Positions 8,369 through 16,933 of a stretch of DNA of 64,000 nt are shown piece after piece (the stretch's first letter is position 1; the number at the start of each line of letters is the position of its first letter). The DNA lies in NCBI GenBank assembly GCA_903944345.1, contig CAJARJ010000018.1, positions 120,581 through 184,580 on the forward strand, in the 5' to 3' direction. The DNA comes from Candidatus Omnitrophota bacterium (GTDB lineage Bacteria; Omnitrophota; Gorgyraeia; Zapsychrales; Fredricksoniimonadaceae). The position numbers were made by a program, and so were the translations under genes. The notes beneath the pieces were generated by a model. That model worked only from the letters and a program-made list of their open reading frames with translations. It was not told where the DNA came from and did no database searches.

Positions 8369-9577
8369 TTAAAACTTGTAAGCCAACCCGAGATCGATGG
8401 AATACTGGGACATTTTTGTTTCCGCCGAATTAATAAACTGCTGGGCGAAGTTTTCCGCACGGAATGTTATTCGTGGCGCGTACATTGCCCCGATATTCAG
8501 CGAAAGAGCATCAGTTATGCGCACTCCAGCCCCAAGGGTGAAGTGATGTTCCGCAATCGCCGGGAAAGCCACCCCTTCAAAAAGACGATCCTGGTCGAGC
8601 GGATTCTTCCCATAATTATAACCGGCACGCAGCGTCAGAAGCCTGTTGAGATCATACTCAGCACCGATTTTGTAAACAAACTGGTTCTCCCAGTTCATGT
8701 TCCACGGTGTAGCCCCGCTGCTGTTTTCGGAATAAACAGGCTCCCCCTCACCCGTGCATTGCGGCCAGTTAATCCACGACACATCAAGCGCAACACGAAA
8801 TGTTTTTACAGGTTTGAACGCAACGCCCGCAGTAAGCGTTTGCGGCTGGTCAAAATTCATCTTGTCTGTTCCGCGGTCAGTATTGAATTTGAAATCCTGG
8901 AAATCCTGAAAACTTTCATAAGATAATCCGAGAGAAACCTCCTCGACGAGCTTGTAAATGGCCCCTACCGTATAACCCAACCCCCAGGCCACTCCTCCAT
9001 GATGCTGAACCTGGGAAGGATCTCCGGCTTCAAAGTCCATGGTAGCATAATCGATATTGGGAGCAAACCCCAGAACAAGCTTTTCATTTACATTCCAGGC
9101 CAGCGCAGGTGCGATCTTCAGAAGCGAGTATTGCGTATAGGTCTTGTTATTATAGAGATTACTTTCATACAAAACCCCCATCCCGGAAACACCGTAAGCT
9201 CCAAGACCCAAAGTGATAGTATCGTTCTTGTGCAGAACAAATCCCATGGCTGGTATCCATGAAGCGGCCGCATCCGATTTAATCTTGCGCCCGTTACTGG
9301 TAACCATGCCGGCATCACTGTGCGCAGAATAAGACACATGCGGCTCGAAATATGTCAGCCCTATATCCAGCCGCCGGTCCAAAAGACCTATCCCGGCCGG
9401 GTTGCTGATTGTAACAGAAGCATCCAGCGGCAGAGCTACGCCAGCCCCACCCATAGAACGCTGAACCGGCCCAACCCCAATAACTTTCATCCCGTTTGTG
9501 GCCTGGGCAAAGGAGGAAGAAAATATCAAAAATCCGGCTACAAGCACAATTAAAAAGAATTTTACTGTTACTTTCAT
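8369..9577 (-). CDS. OmpP1/FadL family outer-membrane transporter
   Basis: Signal peptide, NG..IGVG...SMGGAGVA, NPAG motif, alternating beta-strands, LRAGYNY, C-terminal YKF. Confidence 0.9.
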   Translation of the reverse strand: MKVTVKFFLIVLVAGFLIFSSSFAQATNGMKVIGVGPVQRSMGGAGVALPLDASVTISNPAGIGLLDRRLDIGLTYFEPHVSYSAHSDAGMVTSNGRKIKSDAAASWIPAMGFVLHKNDTITLGLGAYGVSGMGVLYESNLYNNKTYTQYSLLKIAPALAWNVNEKLVLGFAPNIDYATMDFEAGDPSQVQHHGGVAWGLGYTVGAIYKLVEEVSLGLSYESFQDFQDFKFNTDRGTDKMNFDQPQTLTAGVAFKPVKTFRVALDVSWINWPQCTGEGEPVYSENSSGATPWNMNWENQFVYKIGAEYDLNRLLTLRAGYNYGKNPLDQDRLFEGVAFPAIAEHHFTLGAGVRITDALSLNIGAMYAPRITFRAENFAQQFINSAETKMSQYSIDLGLAYKF

Positions 9578-9724
9578 CTTTCTCTCCATTCTTGCAGTGT
9601 TATTAAATAAATTTACAACACTCTATACTGATAGTTTTTGAGACCCAATCCCCGATTGAGGAAAAAATATGTATCAGATTTCGCCTCGCATCAATTGCGA
9701 TTAACTCTATTGAGATAGTCGGAA

Positions 9725-9750
9725 TTTAGCAAATATATATAAATTGTCAA
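9725..9750 (-). promoter_or_regulatory. Putative sigma70 promoter for the FadL gene
   Basis: TTGACA (9750-9745), 16 nt spacer, TAAATT with extended TGn. Confidence 0.45.
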
Positions 9751-9877
9751 GGCAATATTTCAAGCGCCTTTATTGGCATGGGAATAAACCGGGAGGCCGT
9801 AAGGGGAAAAAAATAATTGCGTGTGCGCTGATTATCACTCGGTAGTGTAAGAATTACCAACACAACAACCTTCTTCC

Positions 9878-11203
9878 TTAACGGATCAATCTATCAATAT
9901 CCTCAAACCCAAGAGCCTGCCATTCAACTTTATACTTTGGATAACTGGCGATCAGGGCCTTTGATTTTGCCTTTAATGCCGCGAGATCAATTCGGTCCTT
10001 GTTCATCTTAACTTCAGCAATAACCAGTTCTTTCTTCATATCGTTCATCGCCACCAGATCGATCTCGTTCTGATGATCCTTCTCCCAGTAAGACCCGATC
10101 TTATTGAATTTCCCAGTCTCCGCGAATAACGCCTGAAAGAACTGCTCAAGGACGCGGCCGGCATACGTCGAATAATCGCGCCTGATCACATCCCGAATAT
10201 ACTCAAAGTTCCCAGTCTCAACTGCGGACCGATTCCGATAAATGAACCGAAACCAGAATGCCAGGAAATTATCCGTGATCCGATACTTTTGGGACTTCGA
10301 ATTAGGCTTGGCATTGATCGGCTTATACTTCTCGATCACGGCATAGTCCCGTTCCAAGCGCTCAAGATACCCGCCGATATCTGACTCAAGAATGGACTGG
10401 ATCTCCGAGCGGCCCGTCTTCCCCACAGAGATCAACTCAAGAATAGAGAAGTATGTCCCATATTCCTTGCCGAACTCTTCGATCAACAGATTTCTGCCCT
10501 CATTGAGAAACGGCGAATTGGCCTCGACTACAAAGTTAAGCATCTCTTCAAATGTAAAGGCCTTATTCTCCACTAACAAATCAATATATTTTGGGCTCCC
10601 ACCGGTGAAAAGGAAATAATTGAACACCGCGGCAGAGTCCTTAACCTTATAATCACGCAGGATACTTGCTGTTGTCTTAACCGAAAAAGGCTTGATCATG
10701 AACATCCGATCCGCTCTATTGAACAACGGCTCTTTGGATCCTTCAAATATCTTGTGCATCAGGGAATAAACTGATCCAACGCAAATGACATTCAACTTGC
10801 TCTTGGCCTTGTTCAGATCCCAGAGTTTCTGCACCTCGGAATAAACTGACGGATTGATGTTGTAGAACTCCTGGAACTCATCAATGATAACAGTGAACGG
10901 CACATCCTTGGCGATCTGCAGCAACAACTGAAAAACATCACGGAAGGAACGGACATCCCCGATTACAGGAGCATCTGGGAACGATCGTTTGATATCTGCA
11001 ACAAACTCCTCACAAAGCAACACCTCAGACTTCTTGGCTACAAAAAGGTAAAGGTACTTCTTATCCTTGGCAAACTCTAAGGACAAAAGAGTCTTCCCCA
11101 CACGCCTGCGGCCGGTAAGAACGGCCATGCGGGAACCGCCTTTTGTCTGCCCCATCAATTTGTTGAGTTCAACCAATTCCTGCTGTCTATCATAGAATCT
11201 CAT
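9878..11203 (-). CDS. Archaeal-type AAA ATPase with wHTH and DUF234/PD-(D/E)XK-like C-terminus
   Basis: MRFYDRQQEL, Walker A GRRRVGKT, Walker B IIDEFQ, TGGSPKY, DNFLAFWFRF, YW...EIDLVA...AEVK. Confidence 0.9.
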   Translation of the reverse strand: MRFYDRQQELVELNKLMGQTKGGSRMAVLTGRRRVGKTLLSLEFAKDKKYLYLFVAKKSEVLLCEEFVADIKRSFPDAPVIGDVRSFRDVFQLLLQIAKDVPFTVIIDEFQEFYNINPSVYSEVQKLWDLNKAKSKLNVICVGSVYSLMHKIFEGSKEPLFNRADRMFMIKPFSVKTTASILRDYKVKDSAAVFNYFLFTGGSPKYIDLLVENKAFTFEEMLNFVVEANSPFLNEGRNLLIEEFGKEYGTYFSILELISVGKTGRSEIQSILESDIGGYLERLERDYAVIEKYKPINAKPNSKSQKYRITDNFLAFWFRFIYRNRSAVETGNFEYIRDVIRRDYSTYAGRVLEQFFQALFAETGKFNKIGSYWEKDHQNEIDLVAMNDMKKELVIAEVKMNKDRIDLAALKAKSKALIASYPKYKVEWQALGFEDIDRLIR

Positions 11204-11207
11204 AATT

Positions 11208-11258
11208 GTAACCTCCGTTACTGTAACCAAGGTTACTATATAAAGCGGTATTTGTCAA
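11208..11258 (-). promoter_or_regulatory. Promoter with two tandem GTAAC-N4-GTTAC palindromes
   Basis: TTGACA (11258-11253), 17 nt spacer, TAACCT; palindromes at 11208-11221 and 11223-11236. Confidence 0.6.
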
Positions 11259-11275
11259 TGACTGGATAAATAGAA

Positions 11276-11307
11276 AGCCCCTCGTGATCTTACGATCACA
11301 AGGGGCT
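11276..11307 (-). terminator. Intrinsic terminator downstream of the TA pair
   Basis: Inverted repeat AGCCCCTCGTGATC / GATCACAAGGGGCT followed by TTCTATTT on the minus strand. Confidence 0.65.
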
Positions 11308-11424
11308 AAACTTCCAAATGCACTCCGTTGGGCACATTATGGTCACATATCTAAGATGTTAATTCCCGACAATATGCACTGCAACGATTTATAAATAATG
11401 GCGGAGGTGACGGGAGAAAAGGTA

Positions 11425-11793
11425 TTAACGATACAGCCCGACAATCCTTGCCCTGTCCTCATTCTCTTTATCGCCCTTATAGTAAATCTCAATGAACTCA
11501 ACCACATCTCCCGTCGATAAATAGGAGTAGATTACTCTGATACCACTCTGCGCCCCCTTGCCCTTGAGTGACTTGCAGGCAAACTTCTTGGCTTTATAAA
11601 CTTTCGGCTCTTCAATGCCAAGACCAGCAATCCGCACAACACCGCCATTATCCACGCCCAGCTTGTGTGTCAGAACTAACTGCTTATCAATGAATACATC
11701 CAAATCTTCGTCCAGCGACTGAAATTTCTTCAGCAGCTTCTTGAATTCCTTCTCAAACTCCGGCAGTTTCTTAATCTCAGTGAACTTCTTCAC
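11425..11793 (-). CDS. RelE/HigB-like toxin
   Basis: FEKEFKKLLKKF N-terminus, VYKAKK, GKGAQSGIRVIY, IEIYYKGDKENED; overlaps the antitoxin stop. Confidence 0.7.
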   Translation of the reverse strand: MKKFTEIKKLPEFEKEFKKLLKKFQSLDEDLDVFIDKQLVLTHKLGVDNGGVVRIAGLGIEEPKVYKAKKFACKSLKGKGAQSGIRVIYSYLSTGDVVEFIEIYYKGDKENEDRARIVGLYR

Positions 11794-12565
11794 TATACGA
11801 CCTCACTGAGTATGGCTGTGTACGATAAAAAACAGATTCATAGTCAATGATGTCGCCTTCCTCCGTTGTCATCCACGGCACATCACGATGCGAGTAGTCG
11901 CTAATTTCAACTGCCTTCATGTGGGACAATTTAGCAATAACGTCGTCGATAACCTCGACTTCCCTTGCGTTTAACTGCTCCAACCTCGGCTCACGCAATG
12001 GCAGGTATTTCTTTTGCGGGTACTGAAAGAACTGGCTTTCAATCTTTTCCAATTCCTGGCTCTGAATCATGTCTTGAACAATCTCTTTGAACTCAACAGG
12101 AGCTGGTCCATGAGGCAGTTTCTGGTAGGTTGCTCCGACAAGCTGCTCCTCGTACTTCTCATAATAATCAAAATCAATGAAGTACAGCAGTTTATACAGC
12201 ACTGTTTCCCCGACATTCGGCTTAGACCCGACCTTATCGAGGACATACAACAGCACTTCCTTGAATTTATCTAGCTTCTTTTGAGGAACGCTGATACGGA
12301 TTTCCTGCTTAACTTGTTTGGGCGTTTTCTCCAAATGGACTTTAACCGCTTTGTTCCAATCCAATAAAGCATCCGTGCCCATCTGAAACAACTTGGCAAA
12401 ACCTGCCAGCTCTTCAGCACTCAGCTTTCTCTCCCCATTCTCCAACTGCGAAAGAGATACCCTGCTAATCCCAAGAGTTTTTGACACCTGCTCCTGAGAT
12501 AAGCCAGCCTTCTCCCTGAGTTCTTTGATGCGGGAACCTATTTTCTGTCCAAAATTACCACTCAT
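11777..12565 (-). CDS. XRE-HTH plus Panacea (SocA/DUF4065) antitoxin
   Basis: IKELREKAGLSQEQVSKTLGISRVSLSQLENGER HTH; LYKLLYFIDF, Y.KLPHGP, YSHRDVPW, IIDYE. Confidence 0.85.
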   Translation of the reverse strand: MSGNFGQKIGSRIKELREKAGLSQEQVSKTLGISRVSLSQLENGERKLSAEELAGFAKLFQMGTDALLDWNKAVKVHLEKTPKQVKQEIRISVPQKKLDKFKEVLLYVLDKVGSKPNVGETVLYKLLYFIDFDYYEKYEEQLVGATYQKLPHGPAPVEFKEIVQDMIQSQELEKIESQFFQYPQKKYLPLREPRLEQLNAREVEVIDDVIAKLSHMKAVEISDYSHRDVPWMTTEEGDIIDYESVFYRTQPYSVRSYSEEVH

Positions 12566-12606
12566 GGGGCACCTTCCTTATCTAAAACTTGCCTGAAATC
12601 TACCCA

Positions 12607-12635
12607 AGATTACCATGTGTTGGATAATCTGTCAA
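12607..12635 (-). promoter_or_regulatory. TA operon promoter with overlapping inverted repeat
   Basis: TTGACA, 17 nt spacer, TAATCT; the AGATTA...TAATCT inverted repeat spans the spacer (candidate autorepressor site). Confidence 0.55.
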
Positions 12636-12785
12636 TTAGATGTCATATATTGCTACAATTAAAGGCAATACAAACAACTCTTGCCTCTACCCAATGGGCA
12701 CCTTTGGGGCACAAACATTTCTCCGTAAAAACACGAACGCCGCAAGTCGTTCATTGATAACAGCTTGCGGCGCAGTGAAACATAA

Positions 12786-13175
12786 TGGTGGAGGTGCCGG
12801 GAATTGAACCCGGGTCCTTGTGTGTCTAAGATTGAGCATCTACATGCGTAGGCCGTCTTTAAATCTTGTTTTACGCGTTTCAACGGTCAAACCCGCGTAA
12901 AACCAGCCCTCTTGATCTTGTCCTTCCGGCGAAGGCATCGGAAAGACCAGCCTGTTTAGTTCCAATAGTAAAGCGACAGACTCCCTTTACTACAGGGCTT
13001 AGTCTTTTATTAGACTAAGGCTGGTGCTTCAGCTCCGGCCAAAATGGCCTCGGCTTCGGCGACGACGTCGTAGTTGTCGTTTGCGTTTGTTTTTTGATGG
13101 ATTTATACGAGGCCAACCATCATCCCCGGCATGCCACCCAGCCCCGGCTCACTCAAGTCGAGACCAGTCACCCCC
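12786..13175 (-). ncRNA. ssrA: tmRNA (about 390 nt); tag reading frame ANDNYDVVAEAEAILAGAEAPALV at 13084-13010
   Basis: 5' GGGGGTG pairs with 3' CACCTCC-ACCA with a G3-U wobble; T-arm GGGTTCAATTCCC; resume codons GCA AAC GAC AAC TAC; smpB nearby. Confidence 0.95.
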
Positions 13176-13278
13176 CTAAATCTCAATGAACAGATAAAAC
13201 ACTTTACCCGGTAAAAAATTACAGGCTTATTATACCTCAAAGACCCGCAGGAAGCAATGCGCCAACAAAGCCAGGCCC

Positions 13279-13719
13279 TCAGGATCCTTTTAACGGATAC
13301 CCGTTGACCAGATCGAAGTCAATGTCATCCTCCAGAAGCAGAACGCCGTCTCTGTCTTTAACCCTGAGCTTTCCCTGCCCGGACAAAGACTGCATTTTCT
13401 TCTCGTCAAAAAAACACGACCAGGGAGCCGACTCGTGCCTCATGGTCTTGCTGCAGCGTAAAGAGGCTATGGACTGCCCCTGGCTGGCAAGCTCCATCTG
13501 AACAGTATTCGCAAACGCGATCTCGCGGCTGTCAACCTGAATGCCCGTAACCCCCGCCGGAACATGCTCATCCATCAGCCGGTAACGAAACGAATCTTTG
13601 CGTTTCAACGCCGGATCAAACCCGCGGCCTCCCCAGTTGATACCCGCCCCGGCTGCTGTCATCAGAAAGAAAAACGTGACCAGAAACAGAAAGATAGCCC
13701 GAACGGAAAAACTGTTCAT
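13279..13719 (-). CDS. Hypothetical secreted protein
   Basis: 146-aa ORF with a signal peptide, between smpB and ssrA. Confidence 0.65.
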   Translation of the reverse strand: MNSFSVRAIFLFLVTFFFLMTAAGAGINWGGRGFDPALKRKDSFRYRLMDEHVPAGVTGIQVDSREIAFANTVQMELASQGQSIASLRCSKTMRHESAPWSCFFDEKKMQSLSGQGKLRVKDRDGVLLLEDDIDFDLVNGYPLKGS

Positions 13720-13733
13720 CCCCGCATCCTTTC

Positions 13734-14189
13734 TTAACGGGCCCGGCTGCGTACCGCCCGCGCGATCTCGCGCTTGCTGTCGCGCTCCTTGATATCGGCG
13801 CGTTTGTCGTAAAGCTTTTTACCCTGGGCCAAGGCAATCTCAACCTTGACCAGCCCCCGGGAATTCAGATAAAGCTTTGTCGGCACACAGGTCAGGCGCT
13901 TCTGCGTCAGGTTGCCAAAAAGACGCTTGATCTCTTTTTTATGCATCAAAAGACGGCGTTTGCGGTCAGGATCTTCGTTAAGATAACTGGCCTGCGCATA
14001 AGGCGCAATGTGCATGTTATAGAGCCAGACCTCGTTTTCTTCCACCCGCACATGGGCATCGGCAAAATTGACTTCCGCATCACGAACCGACTTGACTTCG
14101 CCGCCCCGCAATTCGATGCCGCATTCCCATTTCTCGGTGAGAAAATAGTTCTGGTACGCTTTTTTATTGGTCGCCAAGGGTTCTGCCAC
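13734..14189 (-). CDS. smpB: SsrA-binding protein
   Basis: NKKAYQNY, GIELRGGEVKS, RKRRLLMHKKEI, GKKLYDKR. Confidence 0.97.
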   Translation of the reverse strand: MAEPLATNKKAYQNYFLTEKWECGIELRGGEVKSVRDAEVNFADAHVRVEENEVWLYNMHIAPYAQASYLNEDPDRKRRLLMHKKEIKRLFGNLTQKRLTCVPTKLYLNSRGLVKVEIALAQGKKLYDKRADIKERDSKREIARAVRSRAR

Positions 14190-14225
14190 AAGACCTCTGC
14201 AAATCGTTTGTTTTCAGCCCGCCTG

Positions 14226-14588
14226 TCAGCGGGCGTAGTCGTCTTCAATGCGCTCTATATCGTCTTCGCCAAAATAATCACCGGTCTGAATTTCGATGAA
14301 GACCAGACTCTCGGTACCTATATTTTCAATGCGGTGCGCACACTCGCGCGGAATATCAATATACTGCCCCACAGCCAGCACACGCGCCACACCGTTAATG
14401 GTCACCCGCGCGGTTCCGCGATGAATAAACCAGTGCTCCTCGCGTTTGCGGTGCCGTTGCAGGCTGAGCCGCTGTCCGGCGTGCACTGTAATTTCCTTAA
14501 CTTTGTGGTCAACCCCGTTGAGAAGAACCGTGTACGTTCCCCAGGGACGCTCGCCCACCGAAACCAGATACTCACGCTGATGTTCCAT
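14226..14588 (-). CDS. Cupin, mannose-6-phosphate isomerase type II C-terminal-like
   Basis: ERPWG, LSLQRHRKREEHW, HRIEN, IEIQTGDYFGEDDIERIEDDY. Confidence 0.9.
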   Translation of the reverse strand: MEHQREYLVSVGERPWGTYTVLLNGVDHKVKEITVHAGQRLSLQRHRKREEHWFIHRGTARVTINGVARVLAVGQYIDIPRECAHRIENIGTESLVFIEIQTGDYFGEDDIERIEDDYAR

Positions 14589-14685
14589 GTTTCCTCCCGC
14601 TATTAGATACGTCGGAGATTATCGCTCATTTCCCTCGTTTGGCAAAGAAAAATCGTAGCTGTTCTGTTATTCGAAAGGCCTTCTA

Positions 14686-14714
14686 TTGACAGACCGGGGG
14701 ACAACGTCTATACT
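14686..14714 (+). promoter_or_regulatory. Sigma70 promoter of tRNA-Leu
   Basis: TTGACA, 17 nt spacer, TATACT. Confidence 0.75.
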
Positions 14715-14740
14715 AACGCACGTTTTTCCCCGTCTTCTAC

Positions 14741-14821
14741 GCGGAAGTGGTGAAATGGCAAACACGCAGGTCTCAGAAGCCTGTGCCGCAAGGCTTGAGG
14801 GTTCAAGTCCCTCCTTCCGCA
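14741..14821 (+). tRNA. tRNA-Leu(CAG), CCA not encoded
   Basis: GCGGAAG/CTTCCGC acceptor stem, anticodon loop CTCAGAA, variable arm GCC-GCAA-GGC, T-arm GAGGGTTCAAGTCCCTC. Confidence 0.95.
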
Positions 14822-14921
14822 TTAATAAATTTACCAATTTAAAAGGGACTTGAACTGAGCCCCGCTGGACGCGACGAACAGGAGCATCCTCAAGGCGAAA
14901 CACGCCCTGACCTGCTATTTG

Positions 14922-15782
14922 TCAGAATGAATCCGTGCCCGAATAATTCCTGCAACGGCTTTCGGACTTCTGCTGAGCCAAAGGATCGTAAGCATTATTT
15001 AGCCGGTAAGTCACCTTGACGACAAGCGGAAAAAGCACATCATCTTTTTTAATCCAGATCGTGCTCTCTCGATCATCCGGAACAACCACCCCTTCTGGCC
15101 TGCCATCTTTCGCCGGAGATGAAATAGCAAACGCCTCGCCATACGTCCGTTGGATCACCTTGTCGAGAGTTTCCAAAGAAAGCCAAAGCGTCGTTTTATC
15201 GACAACTGGAGAATAATGATTCGAGTTCCCCCAGGCGATCAGTGGATTACTTTGATCGGGAATGGCAAGTTCGACACAACGATTGGGTGGATCAAAATAT
15301 TCATTGGGGGCTACCATAAACTTGCCGTCGAATGCCCTGTGCATTTGCTCGCCTAGAGCATCCACCGGATATTCTTTATGGTCAGGACTGAGAAATGTTG
15401 ATTTCCCTTCAACCCTGGCATTGATTCTGAGATTCCAGCATTCAGCGCACACATCCTCAAAAGGCTTTGTCTGACACTCTCGATCAGATACTATAAAAAC
15501 CGTACTACCACTGCGATTGCGGACAGCAATAGCCGCTGCCGGATCCCGGTCATGGGTCAACGGTTTATACATGTCCGCTTCGCTCAAAGCTTGCCCGTCA
15601 ACCACGACAAGCTCAACCCCGTCCGGCAGGCGGGAAACATCAAATGAAACATGCTCCACAAACCATGGATCAGGGCTCACCCTGCATTCAGCCTGTACTA
15701 CCGTTTGACTGGCCTGAAACAGGAAAGTCGCACAGATAAACATACAAACAAAAACGACAGACATCTTCTTGTTTGACAGCAT
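14922..15782 (-). CDS. Hypothetical secreted, Cys-containing protein
   Basis: 286-aa ORF, RBS GGAGG, signal peptide, no recognised family. Confidence 0.7.
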   Translation of the reverse strand: MLSNKKMSVVFVCMFICATFLFQASQTVVQAECRVSPDPWFVEHVSFDVSRLPDGVELVVVDGQALSEADMYKPLTHDRDPAAAIAVRNRSGSTVFIVSDRECQTKPFEDVCAECWNLRINARVEGKSTFLSPDHKEYPVDALGEQMHRAFDGKFMVAPNEYFDPPNRCVELAIPDQSNPLIAWGNSNHYSPVVDKTTLWLSLETLDKVIQRTYGEAFAISSPAKDGRPEGVVVPDDRESTIWIKKDDVLFPLVVKVTYRLNNAYDPLAQQKSESRCRNYSGTDSF

Positions 15783-15793
15783 CTGTCCTCCGG

Positions 15794-16933
15794 CTAATCT
15801 CTCGGCGGGCGTTCGCCGTAGTACTGATAATAACTGGCTTCGATAGTCCCGTTGAAAAGCTTTCTTATCCGGTCGGGTTTGGCTCTGGTAAAAGCGTCAG
15901 GAAACTTCTTGTCGGCAGTAATCACATACACTGACCAGCCCTTCATGTGCTTGAGCGCCCGGTCAAACGCGGCGTAAAGCGAAGACAAATCTTCCGGGCG
16001 GCCAAGCTTGATACCATAAGGAGGGTTAGTCACCAAAACTCCATAAGGCGATGACAGTTTGAGATCAGTCACATTGCGGCACTCAAAAACAATATCTTCC
16101 TGCACGCCGGCCCGCTTCGCATTGGCCCTGGCCGCCTCGACCATGCGGGGATCCATATCGGAACCTGTTATCTTCAACCCGCCCGAAGGCAACATAGCCG
16201 TACGGGCCGCCGCCCTGGCCTCTGCCCAAAGGGCCGCTTCCATTAGCGGCCAGCGTTCACTGGCAAACGTGCGCGCCAGTCCGGGAGCCATATTGCGGGC
16301 GATCATGGCCGCTTCAACAAGAATGGTCCCCGACCCGCACATAGGATCAAGCAGAACTCGCTCGCGTTCCCAGAACGTCAACTGAACCAGCGCGGCCGCA
16401 AGCGTTTCGCGCAAAGGCGCGTCTCCGCTGTCCATACGGTATCCGCGTTTGTTCAATCCCGGGCCGGTAGTGTCCAGCGTCAGCTGGGCCGTGTCATTAA
16501 GCAAAGAAACAAGCACCGTAAACTCGGCCCCGGTCTCAGGCAGAAGCCCAACGCCCAGACGCTCCTTGAGCCGCTCCACCATCGCTTTCTTGACAATGGA
16601 CTGGCAGGATCGCACACTGGCAAGAATGGAGCGCACCGATTTTCCGTCTACGGTCATTTTGGCGTCCGCCGGAAGCCAGGTTTCCCAGGAAACCGCGGCG
16701 GTGCCGTCGTAGAGCTGGTCAAAATCAATGGCCGGAAACTCAGCCAGCTTGATCAGAACCCTGTCGGCTGACCTGAGCCACAGATTAAGCAGCGGAACAT
16801 CTTTACGCGCGCCTCGGAACTCTACCCTTCCGTCGGAAACCCTGGTTTCCGCAAACCCCAGCGCTTCAAGTTCCTGCCGGACAACAGCCTCAAGCCCGAA
16901 AGCGCAGGTCACCACAAGGTCCAGCCAGTTCAT
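15794..16933 (-). CDS. THUMP-domain SAM-dependent RNA methyltransferase (RlmL/YpsC-like)
   Basis: FGLEAVV, NLWLRSADRV, LNKRGYR, APLRETLAA, DPMCGSGT, NPPYG. Confidence 0.93.
   Translation of the reverse strand: MNWLDLVVTCAFGLEAVVRQELEALGFAETRVSDGRVEFRGARKDVPLLNLWLRSADRVLIKLAEFPAIDFDQLYDGTAAVSWETWLPADAKMTVDGKSVRSILASVRSCQSIVKKAMVERLKERLGVGLLPETGAEFTVLVSLLNDTAQLTLDTTGPGLNKRGYRMDSGDAPLRETLAAALVQLTFWERERVLLDPMCGSGTILVEAAMIARNMAPGLARTFASERWPLMEAALWAEARAAARTAMLPSGGLKITGSDMDPRMVEAARANAKRAGVQEDIVFECRNVTDLKLSSPYGVLVTNPPYGIKLGRPEDLSSLYAAFDRALKHMKGWSVYVITADKKFPDAFTRAKPDRIRKLFNGTIEASYYQYYGERPPRD

Larger units (their letters stand above)
11395..12802. mobile_element. Degenerate mini-island at the tmRNA 3' end (no integrase)
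   Basis: ATAATGGCGGAGGTGACGGGA (11395-11415) matches ATAATGGTGGAGGTGCCGGGA (12782-12802, tmRNA 3' end) at 19/21 positions; the two copies enclose a TA pair. Confidence 0.65.

Noticed and set aside
12659-12883. 74-aa ORF
   Set aside because: Overlaps the tmRNA 3' domain and att junction; no protein features.
14667-14903. 78-aa minus-strand ORF
   Set aside because: Antisense to tRNA-Leu.
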